Shown piece by piece: positions 8,901 through 19,750 of a stretch of DNA of 64,000 bases (its first letter is position 1; every line of letters begins with the position of its first letter). The notes beneath the pieces are model-generated. The model saw only the letters and a program-made list of their open reading frames with translations, did not search any database and was not told where the DNA came from. The translations under genes were made by a program, and so were the position numbers. This DNA is from Amoebophrya sp. A120 (taxonomy: Eukaryota; Protista; Dinoflagellata), in NCBI GenBank assembly GCA_905178155.1, contig CAJINV010000009.1:744001-808000 (forward strand), given 5' to 3'.

Positions 8901-11572
8901 AGGTGGAGCTGCAACAGATCCTGCAAGACGACGTCATGCTGCAAGCTCTCAGACAGGTAAACTACAACCATGAGCAGCCGTGCAACTACAAGTTGTCACT
9001 TTTACGAATTTATTCACATTTTTGGCTTCACGTTTTTTTTCGCTTGGTGATGAAGTAGAGGACGGCGACCTCTCTACTTCCACCTCCCAATACCCCAGGT
9101 TCTCACGTCCAAGGGCGGCCGGGTCGGGGAAGACGCTTTTTTTTTCCTGCAGCTTGCGCAGAAGATACAAGGTTCTGGAGACGAAAAGAGGGGCGGCGTC
9201 TCGTTCGAGCAGTTGCAGAAAGATTTCCTGACCGGCAAGAATGCCAGTTTGGAATTCATCCTGAAAGAGGAACAGAGTCCGGAAGGTCTCTCCGCACAGC
9301 AAGCAGTCGAGAAGGCGGCTGAGTTGCTGAAGAAGGAGATCGGCGGCGAACCGCTGGAGGCACTGAAGAAGGCCATGAAGAAAGCGCCGCGGACCAAGCT
9401 CGGGAAGGGGAAGCGCGTGGTAATCATTGGTGGTGGCTACGGCGGCGCGGTGTTGAGTAGTATGCTGCGGCAGTGCTGTCCGCAGGTGCACGTCACGCTG
9501 ATCGACCCGAAAGAGTACTTCGAGAACACGCCCATGCAGCTCCGCGCCATGGTGGTGAAGGACTACTTCCGGAACGGGAATTACGTGATGTACCGTGATT
9601 ATCAAATGCAAAAATGTCTGGGTCTGGAAGAATGCAACTTGTCATGCTGTTTTTGGACTCTAAAAAAATTTGCATTGCATGAACAGCAAGAGGAGCGGCC
9701 CAGTTTTTGCTACACGGACAGGGCATTTCTCATGCGGAAGGTGCATCAGGAAGCCCTCTAAAAAGTCTGCGATGCTAGGTCAAGCATCACAGGCATCACG
9801 GGTCATGAGAAATATGCATGACAAGCCTCCATTCTTTCAGACCCAGACACTTTTGCATTTGATAGCGATGTGCTCGGTTTGGAGAAGGGCGTGAACTCCA
9901 ACGCCTCGGCCGCCCTGATCTGCGGCAAGGCGGTCGATATTTGTTGAAAATTTTCCACCAGCTGCCCCATCCAATTTTTGCGTGACGAGAAACTACACCG
10001 GCTCGAAATATTAAAATCCATGTTTTGTATGAGAGATTGGGTGCGGCGGATGGTCATTTATTTTCAGGGAATAGTGGAGATCAACACGAACCACGTGGTG
10101 GTGGGCTCCAACAAGCAGATTGTCCCCTTCGACTACTGCGTGAACTTCAGCGGCAGCGTGTACCACTCCGACATCAAGACGGACACCAGTTCCGTCGACA
10201 GTCGGATCGCCCGCATGGACCAGGAACGGGAGAACATCATCGCGGCCGAACGCGTCATGATTGCGGGCGGCGGTGTCGTGGGCTGCGAGCTGTCGGCGGA
10301 TATCAAGCACCAGTTTCCCGACAAGGAGGTCATCCTGGTGCACGCCCACGACCATTTATTGCCACGGCTGCCCGGAGCGCACGCGGAAGTCATGAAGCAA
10401 ATGGACAAACTCGGCGTCAAGGTTCCATTTGATGTTCTTGGGTTGATCATGTTGTTGCCTGACCTTGGTTCTTTCCGAGGTTTGTGTACTTTGTTGTAGA
10501 ACATCATCAAGGCGGTCGAGCTACTGCTGCACTGTGTTCGTCTAAATCTTCACCTTCAAATAATGTGCTGTACACAAGGGTCCTCGGTCCTCACAGTAAA
10601 ATTATTTGCCACGACTTCTGTGCTTAGTGAAATAGCCCAAAGCTTCATTATTTTTCCGACGAGGTCCATGTCAATGAGCGCGTTGTCGCGTACGGTGGGG
10701 GTGAGGAGTTCGAAACCGAGAGTGGGTCCCTGACCATTCCGACACAAGGGACCCGGGTGTATTGGTGCACCGGGTACCGTCCTGCGACCCAGCATTTGCG
10801 AAAATCGCAGGACGAAAAGATCAAGTCCTCGGTCAACAAAGACGGCTTCGTCGAGGCCGAGAAGACGCTGCAGCTCAAAGGCTGCCCGCACGTCTTCGCG
10901 GGCGGGGACTGTCTCGCGGAGCAGTTTTTCGCCAACCGCGAGCGCATGGCGCACTACGCAAGTCTGCACGCGGCCACCATCTTGGAGAACTTAACGCGGA
11001 TTCTAGCGGGGAAAACACAGGACGAACTCGTCAAGTTTCAGGTCAGAAAAATTCTATGGCGGTTTGATGTTACATACTTTGTTCTCCACCTTGCCACGTA
11101 AAGCCAGTGCTATAGCTTCCAACGTATTCCTATTCGTAGTGTGCTGCAATAGTAACATTTTTAGCAATCCAAGGGAAACAAACATGAGACCAAGATACGA
11201 TTCCCGGATTATTATTTTCTCTACCGAAAATGGAAAAACTAAAACACTCAGACTCCGAAGAACAATCGGTCGGTCCTGTTCGTGGAGCTCGGGATGGAGG
11301 ATGCGTATGCCTTCTCGCCGCCGGAGTACTCGATGGTCTGGGGCATGTTCGGCGACGAGCTTGCGGAGGCCGCGAAAACCTGCCTCAAGCCCTGCACGGG
11401 TGGCGGCCTCCCCGACGGGTTCATGCACGGCCTGGTCACGGGCTTGGCCAAAGTGAAGGACCAGCAGTCCAAAACCTACAACGAGGCACTGGTAAAAGGC
11501 GGCATCGCGGAGATGTACAAGGGCTTCTGTCTCATGCTGCAAACCTGGGACGATCCGATGGCAGAGAATTAA
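5951..11572 (+). CDS. Multi-exon gene: N-terminal four-helix-bundle plus Cbl-type EF-hand-like region fused to an AIFM2/FSP1-like pyridine nucleotide-disulfide oxidoreductase
   Basis: GT-AG introns 6080-6268, 6539-6615, 8037-8232, 8957-9152, 10422-10663, 11042-11251, six introners and one 62-nt non-canonical intron give one continuous frame. Oxidoreductase motifs: VVIIGGGYGG, VTLIDPKEYF, FDYCVNFSGS, IAGGGVVGCELSADI, VILVH, YWCTG, VFAGGD. Confidence 0.8.
6731..6966. mobile_element. Introner element, family F3 (TIR TATGGCGTTCTCAA.TGTTACATTCTCA)
   Basis: ~28-bp TIR; direct repeat TTTGA/TTTGA; removal gives ...VFDKIE. Confidence 0.9.
7057..7384. mobile_element. Introner element with atypical 9-10 bp direct repeat
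   Basis: TATC...GATA ends with imperfect TIR (CCTCCCCATATTGA/TCAATATGGGAGG); flanks GCTGTTCCGT/GCTGTTCCGC; removal gives WPLFRDAV. Confidence 0.8.
7502..7856. mobile_element. Introner element, family F4 (long form)
   Basis: TIR TATTCCCTGAAAATTAA..CCATCC; direct repeat GAGGT; removal gives TNEVVT. Confidence 0.9.
8323..8627. mobile_element. Introner element (TIR TATGAAA.CCTCAG...GGAAATCCTCAAAGTGGAAATGATTTG)
   Basis: ~44-bp TIR; direct repeat AGGAC/AGGTC; frame restored on removal. Confidence 0.88.
9600..9864. mobile_element. Introner element, family F2 (TIR TATCAAATGCAAAA.TGTCTGGGTCTG)
   Basis: Direct repeat GTGAT/GCGAT; internal sequence closely similar to 37468-37731. Confidence 0.9.
9938..10073. 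mobile_element. Degenerate introner element, family F4
   Basis: TAT..TGAAAA / TTTTCAGGGAATA ends; direct repeat GTCGA/GTGGA; removal gives GKAVEIN. Confidence 0.8.
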
Positions 11573-11727
11573 TTTCAGAATTGCTAACGGGACGAGAAGA
11601 AGTGTAGTTGCCGTTTTTACTACAAGCAACGATTGTATATCAGGGCGCTCACCCCCAGCAGCACTCTAAATCTTTTGGCGTTCCAAGAAGTGGCAGCGTT
11701 GCAAAGGAAGAGGAAGTGCTTCAATAA

Positions 11728-12780
11728 CAGTTAAGTTTATAAGCTGGGAGAGGGGAGAGCCCGGGAGAGGCTGGGAGAGGCTGGGAGAGCTTCCGCAAAT
11801 TAGAAGGAACAGCGCGACTCGTTTTGTAAATTTGCTTCAGGCTCGATGGTATGATGTCTATTTTACTGCAGTTCTTTTTATATATATGTAAGCGGTTTGG
11901 ACGGCGCCCCTGTGGCGTATTTCTATTTGTGACTACTCGGCGCAGTTTTTGGGATGGCGGATGCCGCCGACAGGTGGCATCTAGGGGGCGAAAAATTCCT
12001 GCATGCGTGTCCTCCACGCGGGCGGCCCCTGGGGCGCTGCTGTCGTTATCCATCAGGGAAAGTTGAAGCGGGCACTTCGATTTTCCTTCGATGAGGGAAA
12101 GCTGAAGTGGCCAATTCAAATTTCCTTCGATGAGGGAAGGTTGAAGTGGTCACTTCAATTTTCCTTCGATGATGGAAAGTTGAAGTGGCCACTTCGAATT
12201 TCCTTCGATGAGGGAAAGTTGACGGGGCCATTTCAAATTTCCTTCGATGAGGGAAGGTTGAAGCGGTAACGTCGATTTTCCTTCGATGAGGGAAAGGCGA
12301 AGTGGCCACTTCAAATTTCCTTCGAAGAGGGAAAGTTGAAGCGGCCATCCCAAATTTCCTTGCTTCGATGAGGGAAAGTTGAAATGGCAACTGCGAGCTT
12401 CCTTTGATGAGGGAGCGTTGAAGTGGGCACTTCGATTTTCCTTCGATGAGGGAAAGTTGAAATGGCCATTTCAAATTTCCTTCGATGGGGGGAAGTTGAA
12501 GTGGCCACTTCAAATGTCCTTCGATGAGCGGGCGCGCGGTGCTCGTTTGCCTTCGAATCGATGCAACGCCATTGGCTGCGTATGGGGTGAGTGAATGCGC
12601 GCGCGCAGCGCGCGCGCGAAATTTTTTTTGGTTCTATGGCTCTCCCTATTAAAGTATAATAATCAACACCATACGCGGGGGATTAGATAATCCAGCGAGT
12701 TTTTTTTTTGTGACGTGTTGGCGTTGCTGATTTTCCTCTCCCAGGCTCTCCCAACCCAGGAAAAAGGGGGCTATAAACTG
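11728..12780. mobile_element. Putative non-autonomous TIR DNA transposon carrying a palindromic tandem array
   Basis: Ends CAGTT(AAGTT)TATAAGC and GCTATAAACTG; subterminal GGGAGAG repeats on the left, CTCTCCC on the right; flanked by an 11-bp near-direct repeat TGCTTCAATAA (11717) / TGCTGCAATAA (12781). Confidence 0.55.
12054..12528. repeat. Tandem array of ~12 palindromic 39-bp units
   Basis: Consensus GAGGGAAAGTTGAAGTGGCCACTTCAAATTTCCTTCGAT; 39-bp period seen at 12091, 12130, 12169. Confidence 0.95.
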
Positions 12781-13694
12781 TGCTGCAATAATATCAACCA
12801 CGTCGGTCCGAGTCTGCCTATGCTGACTGACAGCACTGACGCGCTTCCTACCCAGGTAGAGCAGCTTCGTTGTCACGTCGTGTGCTGCTTACAAGATAAT
12901 AGTGCTGGATGAATATGTCCAAAATGTCGGCTATTTTCATCTACATCTAGTTCTTGCCGGCACCAAGAACATGACTCCAGCTCACCGGCGTAACAAGGCG
13001 GAGAAAAATGTTTTCCTGACGTTGAGGCGTGCGGCTTCACTTTCACTTTCTCCTGTCGGCGCGTAAAACCGAACAGCGGCTGAAGCATCTGCATCAACAC
13101 TGCATAGGACGAACGCAGGCGTACGGGAAATTACTCATACTGTTTAGTTGATATTTTCACCCCGTAGCCGATGCCGACGTACTGTTAGCTAAGCTTTCTT
13201 ACCCTCAATGAAAATGGTATGCGTATGGCATTTATGTACACTCCTATCGGGTGCACGTTCACAGATAGAATCATGGCCACGAGAACATGTAGGATCGAAG
13301 ATCTGATTCTGAATGGATCATGTGCGAACATGAGTTGGAAATTCAAATTCGTGGAGCTAGACGGAGACTCGGCCTCGCCTCACCTCAGGCGGCGTTCTAT
13401 TTCGAGGCGCCAAGTCGTGGCGCATAAGCTGCAGACGAATCAAGAAAAGCACTCGGATCGCACTGCAGAGGGGGCTAGGGATCGCGTGTAGAATGTCACG
13501 GGCTTCATTCTCAAATGCCATGGCTTTGCTCGCACAGAGGCCGGAAATTCTGTAACGTGGGCGCGCGGTGCGCAGCATGGCCGGTGACGGAAGATCCTCT
13601 TCATGGCTTTGGGGTATGCGCGATTTTGAATATTTCACAGGGAAGCATCTGCTTTGAAAAAAGCGCAATTTGAAAAATTCAGCAATTTTTGATT

Positions 13695-13865
13695 AGCACG
13701 TAATTTGTTTTTCAATTGTCCGTAATTTGTCCGTAATTTGCGCGTAATTAATTTTCAAAGGATTTCAACGGGTTTCGGGCACCCCAAAAATTGCCCGTAA
13801 TTGAAAAAATTAATTACACCGACAAATTACGGATTTTCAAAAAAAAATCACACTAAGAATTACAC
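13695..13865. repeat. AT-rich cluster of CGTAATT motifs, direct then inverted
   Basis: CGTAATT at about 13699, 13721, 13732, 13743, 13796; inverted AATTAC at about 13812, 13825, 13858. Confidence 0.6.
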
Positions 13866-15099
13866 TTTTTTTCGGGCCCTTTTTTATTCATTTTTTCCGG
13901 AAAAAACACCGGGGTTTTGCCTATTCAAAACATCGGGACGAACAAAAGGTACGAGGGCCCAATCTGGGGCTTGAGCTTCTCAACCAGCACCGGTCGCGAG
14001 CTAGCTCAGCAAGTAAGCAAGTGGCTGTGGGGCTTGGGAAGCCGGTTCAGCGGTTATGTGGCCTCCTTTATTTTCAATCCATTGCGCAGGATAGTAAGAC
14101 GCATGGGCCCTCAGGAGGTGATCTGCCTCGCCAATTTATGACGCCCTACCCGGGCCTTAACCTTTGGGCTGCCGCGTTTTTTCCTTTTCGCTGGCCAAAT
14201 CAGCTGCCCGATACAAAATTACGTACTTTTTATCGCGCAATTAGAATTGCCGAATATGTTTGCTCGGGCTCGTCCCATTGATGGAAATTGAAATTCGTGG
14301 AACTTCTAGATGCTGGATTGCCTATGCTTTTGTAGAATGTTGATGACGTTTTGTACGAAGATGAAAATGTTGTTTCTCTTCTCCTCCTGGTGGTGGTCTA
14401 CTGAAAGAAGCAAGAGTCATTACGCAAGATGAAAATTAGCAAAATCTAAATCATAATCCGAGAAGCCGCTGCAGCAATACACGTTTGAAATCGATGCTCT
14501 TGTCCATGTCCGTGTACGGCCGCAATAAGAAATTGAATGCTTTTCTTCACCGGCCTCGAAAGATCCCGTGATCGAAAAGTGGAAAGTAGCTTGAGCTTCT
14601 GCGATATGAAGCTGGATGAAGATCATCAATGATCCTTCTCCGTCTCCTTGGCACAAATAAGTGTGACGCCATCTAGAGTTAAGATCATCACTCAACTCGG
14701 CTCTATTGAAATGCGGACGTTCGGCTTTTTGATTGCTGGCGATCTATTTTTTGGTATTGGCGAGATACTCGATCACATAGAGCATTTTTTACCGATTTTT
14801 TCACATTTTTTTCGCATCCAGGAGTACCAGCACGCTGCATTCGGTTTCGCAATTTTTCGCGTTATAGCTCATAACTTTTCTCTTGATTATTTTTGTTCTT
14901 GAACTATTTGCTCCTACCGACACCGAATACTAGCAGAGATAATTCAAGCATCAACATATTGCATTGATCGACTCACTCGGGATTGTAAACGAAAATCCTT
15001 TTCGACCACAGCATTTCATTTTTACAAAGTATATCTATGGCTTCAAAAAAATTCCATAAAGATATCGACTAAACGAGCGACTTTCTGCTTTATCTTTCG

Positions 15100-18093
15100 A
15101 TGGTCTCACTTAGTAATCAAGAAACGATGTCGATGCAAGGATTTTCAACTTTTTCGTCGAAGACGGTGCGTACTGCGAAAAAAGGGTCTTCGAAGAGTCC
15201 TTGGGTTTGTTTCGGTGGGGTTGTATCTTCTATTTTCACCATCAGCTGCAGTCTCAGTCTAATTTCCGTTGTGCGAAGTGCTGCGCCCAGGTCAAAAACA
15301 AATTCGCAGGTGGAAGTAGATGCACCCGTCAGCAGCATTCTGGCACGTCAGGAAACACGAAGGGAAAGCAAGACCGCCCCGGACGCAAGCACAAACGAAT
15401 GGGCACCATGGTCAGCAGAAGGTGGAACTGGAACTAGTGGTGTCGCAGTGGCTTCCGTAGATGGTGGAGGATCTCAGATTACCGGCAGATGGTGTCAGCA
15501 GCAGATGCTGGAGGCTCTCGGATCTTCACCGGAGACTTCGTACGTGTGCGCTGCACAGAATGAATTCCCCTTCGAGCAGCAGCAGCAAGATTTTCATGGT
15601 CCACCATTTCCCGACGGCAGCAGTAATATAATGGACTATTGTGGAGCACACTACGTCAGTGCACAGGGCTTCGTCCCGTGCAGTGCCTATGACGAGGCCC
15701 CCGGCCATGAATTTGCAAGATGCACCAGCTGCACCTCCATGCCGCTTCCCGCCGTTTGCGGTGGGTTTATGACTGGTGTACCGCATGGAGACGCACCAAT
15801 TGGTTATGTGGCGCTACCCGTCGTGATCCCTTTCCCGGTGGAAGGGGGTGCTGGTGTTGATCCGGTTTGCGGCGTGTTGCCACCGTGGGGATGCCACCCA
15901 CACGTGGTCGCTCCGACCGCATTATACCATGACCAGTATCAACTCGCTCCAGAAACCGCCGCAAAGATGGAGGGCCAGGAGGCAGTAGCTACCGCAGACG
16001 CTCGTCCGTTTGGAGCTGCTGCATCTGCAACGACTCCTGGTGTGAGGACTAAGGCAGACTTTCATGAATATGATTTGGGAGATATCCGAACAGATTCCGA
16101 ACGGGGGGACGAGATGGAGACGGTAGTTCCGCCAGGAGCAAGTTCTTTGGGGTCCTCTGGCGGAGCAGCGTCTTCCAGCCTGGGGACTTGGGAATGCACA
16201 ACGTCAAGCCGAAAGTGGTCGGAAGATTTGGACGAAGATACAGCCTTGTGCAGTTGTGAGTACAGTTCCTCCCGAGCCCCAAGACGTGAGGGCTCCGACG
16301 ACGAGGGCAAAAGCGAGAAAGAAGGCCAAGCGTCCTCACACGGAAGGAGGACAAGACTTGGAATACAACAAGGTAAAGATCGGAGCCCAAATCCCGGAAA
16401 GAAAAAGAAGGAGAAAAAGATGAAAGGCAGTCCCGCGACGTGGAACAAGGACAGCGACAGGCACGAACGCAGTGCAAGAGCGCTCCAAGCGTTCCAGAAA
16501 TGCATGCAAGAAAAAGAAGAACGCCAACGCTTGGTGATCATGTCCGAACGACTGCAAGAAGAACAAGAGACAAGAGAACGGTTGGCGCGAGAAAGAGACC
16601 AAGAGTGGGACCGCGCACTCAATCTCCCCGGTGCAAAGCAACTACCTCGAAACAAGGCACAGATCGACAAAGAGACGACTGAAGATGGAGAAGCTGGTGA
16701 AGTACGAAATTGCGCAATTGCGAGACGAGGGCAACGCGTGCCAGCTGGCGGAGTGTCAAAATTATCCCGACATCCGAATGAAAGGTTCGCAACGGCAATT
16801 TTCGCTCAGCAAACCTTCTTCGTTCACACGAACCGGTGGTACTTATTGCAGAGGCAGGAAAACGCAATCACGAGCATCTTCGGAGGCGAGCTCGACATCA
16901 ACCTACCCGATTCGGAGGAAGCCGCCTTCGATCGCAGTTACGACTCGCACCTGCTGAACAAATTGAATTCGTTCGCGAGCCATTCCGCAGACCACGTGCA
17001 AACTCTGTCGAACTGGTGGAAGCGCAGCTCCGAGGAAGGTATGGGCCTGGACCCAAAGGACGGCAGCCTCGAAATAGTGTTAGGCAGGCGTGGTGAGCGC
17101 ATTTCCAAGGGGCTGCACCGCTTCGTTGTGCAGTTTAAGGACGACGTAGGACGACGAGAACAAAAGAGAAGAAACTCAAGTTTGCGTAGGACGAAGCATT
17201 CGGTTTACTTCGGCCCCCCCGATGGCTCGGACTCGGTCGGGGTGAGCTTTGGTCCGTACTTGGAGGAGCAGCTCAAGATTGCGAAGCGGCACAAAGATGT
17301 TCCGCCAGACCCAACGACCGGCGCGGCGCCTAGTAAAGAGACCGAGCAGGTGGAGGCGCAACAGCAACAGATGAGGATGCATCTAAATAGCAAGATCAAG
17401 AGCAAAGTGAAAGCTTCTGAGACGAACGCAGCTATTAAGTTCAAAGCCGAAGCAGACGAGGCCGAAAAGAACCTAACACCGACCGTGCTGTTTTCCCGCA
17501 CCGGAGAAGTGGTTTCGAATCTCAGCCCAAAGACCAAGCTCCGCATGATCAGAAACATATCACACTTGAGAGAAATCCGGGCAGCAGAGAAACACGAGGA
17601 CACTGTTCGCGAAAAATCGAGGCGGCACTTGCTGCAAAGCGAGAAACTGAGTCGAGGAAGCAAGCTCGCCGCGCTCGAATCGCCGGCTTTCTCTTCGAAG
17701 CCCGAATCGCACCATGCGGAGGTTTCTGATCAAGAACGAGACGACGAGGCAGAAAACGGAGAGTCGATAGGTGAATACCGAGATCCATATCGCTATTCAG
17801 ACTTTTACTTCGTGGAGATCGACATGCAAAGAAGATATGTGAAATTCGCGCAAACGAGCCAGCCGCCGTTTGTTTTCCAAGACACTCCGGCGAAGTTGTG
17901 GCGTAATTACGATAGCCCCCCATGGTCAGGAGTGTTCCGCATTCGGACGCCGACCGAGTATACGTACATTGGATTTGGTGAAGATCAGCTGAACCTGCCG
18001 AGCGTTGCGTTGACCGCAAGCCTGGTCATTACTCTTGCGAATGAAAGCACTGCAGCCCGTGTGCTGGCCTACGAGAAAGTCAGAGAAGACTAA
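15100..18093 (+). CDS. Intronless hypothetical protein (997 aa), N-terminal hydrophobic segment, putative secreted orphan
   Basis: Long uninterrupted ORF; hydrophobic WVCFGGVVSSIFTISCSLSLISVV; GYVALPVVIP motif shared with neighbours. Confidence 0.75.
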   Translation: MVSLSNQETMSMQGFSTFSSKTVRTAKKGSSKSPWVCFGGVVSSIFTISCSLSLISVVRSAAPRSKTNSQVEVDAPVSSILARQETRRESKTAPDASTNEWAPWSAEGGTGTSGVAVASVDGGGSQITGRWCQQQMLEALGSSPETSYVCAAQNEFPFEQQQQDFHGPPFPDGSSNIMDYCGAHYVSAQGFVPCSAYDEAPGHEFARCTSCTSMPLPAVCGGFMTGVPHGDAPIGYVALPVVIPFPVEGGAGVDPVCGVLPPWGCHPHVVAPTALYHDQYQLAPETAAKMEGQEAVATADARPFGAAASATTPGVRTKADFHEYDLGDIRTDSERGDEMETVVPPGASSLGSSGGAASSSLGTWECTTSSRKWSEDLDEDTALCSCEYSSSRAPRREGSDDEGKSEKEGQASSHGRRTRLGIQQGKDRSPNPGKKKKEKKMKGSPATWNKDSDRHERSARALQAFQKCMQEKEERQRLVIMSERLQEEQETRERLARERDQEWDRALNLPGAKQLPRNKAQIDKETTEDGEAGEVRNCAIARRGQRVPAGGVSKLSRHPNERFATAIFAQQTFFVHTNRWYLLQRQENAITSIFGGELDINLPDSEEAAFDRSYDSHLLNKLNSFASHSADHVQTLSNWWKRSSEEGMGLDPKDGSLEIVLGRRGERISKGLHRFVVQFKDDVGRREQKRRNSSLRRTKHSVYFGPPDGSDSVGVSFGPYLEEQLKIAKRHKDVPPDPTTGAAPSKETEQVEAQQQQMRMHLNSKIKSKVKASETNAAIKFKAEADEAEKNLTPTVLFSRTGEVVSNLSPKTKLRMIRNISHLREIRAAEKHEDTVREKSRRHLLQSEKLSRGSKLAALESPAFSSKPESHHAEVSDQERDDEAENGESIGEYRDPYRYSDFYFVEIDMQRRYVKFAQTSQPPFVFQDTPAKLWRNYDSPPWSGVFRIRTPTEYTYIGFGEDQLNLPSVALTASLVITLANESTAARVLAYEKVRED

Positions 18094-19750
18094 GACTGAG
18101 TAATGATTTCTATGAAAATATCGCTTTACAAATGCAGGAGCAGCAGCAACAGAAACAACACCGACTTTGCTTGGAGATACATATAGAGTGATTTTTTAGT
18201 GCTACTGCTACATCAGAAGAAAATGAATTTCATCCATAAATCACAATTTGGGTTGCAGTGATCATGTTCCTTTTGACTATTAGGTTTCGCAATTTATGAT
18301 TTCGTTCAACCATCAACAACATTGCTCTCGGCTGAATATTCGTCGGAAGCTGCACAAGCCCTCTTTTATGTTATGCCTTGCGAGGGCCGAGGCGTTTCCT
18401 CGACCTCGGGTGTGTGTAAAATTAACTCTGATGAAGCAGGACCAGGATGAAGTCCCCGCCGGGCTTGCACCTCCGCTTCATAACGATGAGGACTGTTTGC
18501 TGACCATAATTTCATGTAGTGTTGACTATACACTCACGCCAATTTAGTGTTGACTATGACTATCCATGCTCGTTAGAATGCGAGCAGCCATTCAATCATG
18601 AATGAGTGACAAATATTTATCATTATCTCTGAAGACCTTCGCTAGATTAAGATTTCGAGCGGTCCTCCCACCCTGTACAGAACAGCGACGCGTTTTGGCG
18701 GCATCTCGTTGATCTCACGATCCATGTGCCGTTTCGTTTTCAAGATCTCCGGGGTACCACTTGCACTTGTGAAGTAGAAATACATACAAAAAAGGCTTCA
18801 GAAATGGTTCACGTTGATGATCAAGAAGAGAGCAAGAACGAGTAGGAGAAAAAAAGCGGGACGAAGCCGAACTAGAAGATCTTTCGATGAACGAATTCTA
18901 ACGTGGTCCTCGCGGCGGGACCCCTTTACTTGGAAATGAAAAAAAGTCAGAGCATCCCAGAAAGTCAGAGCCAGATCAAGTAGGAGGAAGGATGGGCTCA
19001 TGAGTACTGACAAATGTAACATGTTTGCCTGGTGATCTTCCTGAAGATCATGCATGAACAAGTAAGCTAGTGCGACACGACGTCATTGCCCCAGCTGATG
19101 TGAGTTACAGTGCGACAACATGCCCCAGCTGTTGATCTCTGGCATGAAGATCTAGAGCTACCGAAAGAATTCCATTTTTTTGAATGGGTTCTCTCGAACT
19201 TCTTCCCTTGAAAGAAGAGAAGCAGAAGCCGGTGCGGAGCCTGCTCAATGTGAATACAGAGGAGCTTCGGGGGGACAGTATGAGTATGTATTTTTTCGTT
19301 GCGCTGCTGTTCTTGCAGCTCCACCCACCAGCGTCTGTCATCGTTGCAGCTTTCGAATTAGCCTGAATTTCAGCGATTTCTGGCGGTAACATTTACGTAC
19401 TTATACTCATGTACAAACATAAATACACAGCTCGTTTTTAGCTTAGTTTGTTACGTCAACCTGCCAGATTGACATTGCACCGTACTGACTCGATAAGCAA
19501 ATCAGACCTTGCTTCTGACCCGTGTCATCTTTGTAAAGTCTTAGTGTTAGAAGTGGTCTACTGCTTTATGTCTTTGAATTCTGGTGAATCTAGATCCATC
19601 ATATTGGAGTCGTGTAACGCTAGAAGAATTGAAACCTAATTGTTTTTACAGTTGACAAGCATAAATCAAGATCAACGAAATTCAAATTGATTTTGAAGAT
19701 AGTTTTGAACATTCTAAAGCCAACGCAACTAAAAGCTCCTGTAGCGAAAT

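Noticed and set aside
12054-12528. CRISPR-like array
   Set aside because: Units are contiguous with no unique spacers, there are no cas genes, and the context is eukaryotic; it is a palindromic minisatellite.
11721-12594. Repetitive ORFs (KWPLQLSLIEG / FDEGKLKW) on both strands
   Set aside because: Artefact of a 39-bp unit (a multiple of 3) lacking stops; no other coding evidence.
13162-13170. CCGTAGCC match to the dinoflagellate spliced leader
   Set aside because: Only 8 nt; expected by chance in 64 kb.
12800-15000. Autonomous transposase for the introners or the TIR element
   Set aside because: No ORF with recognisable DDE, tyrosine-recombinase or RT motifs here or elsewhere in the window.
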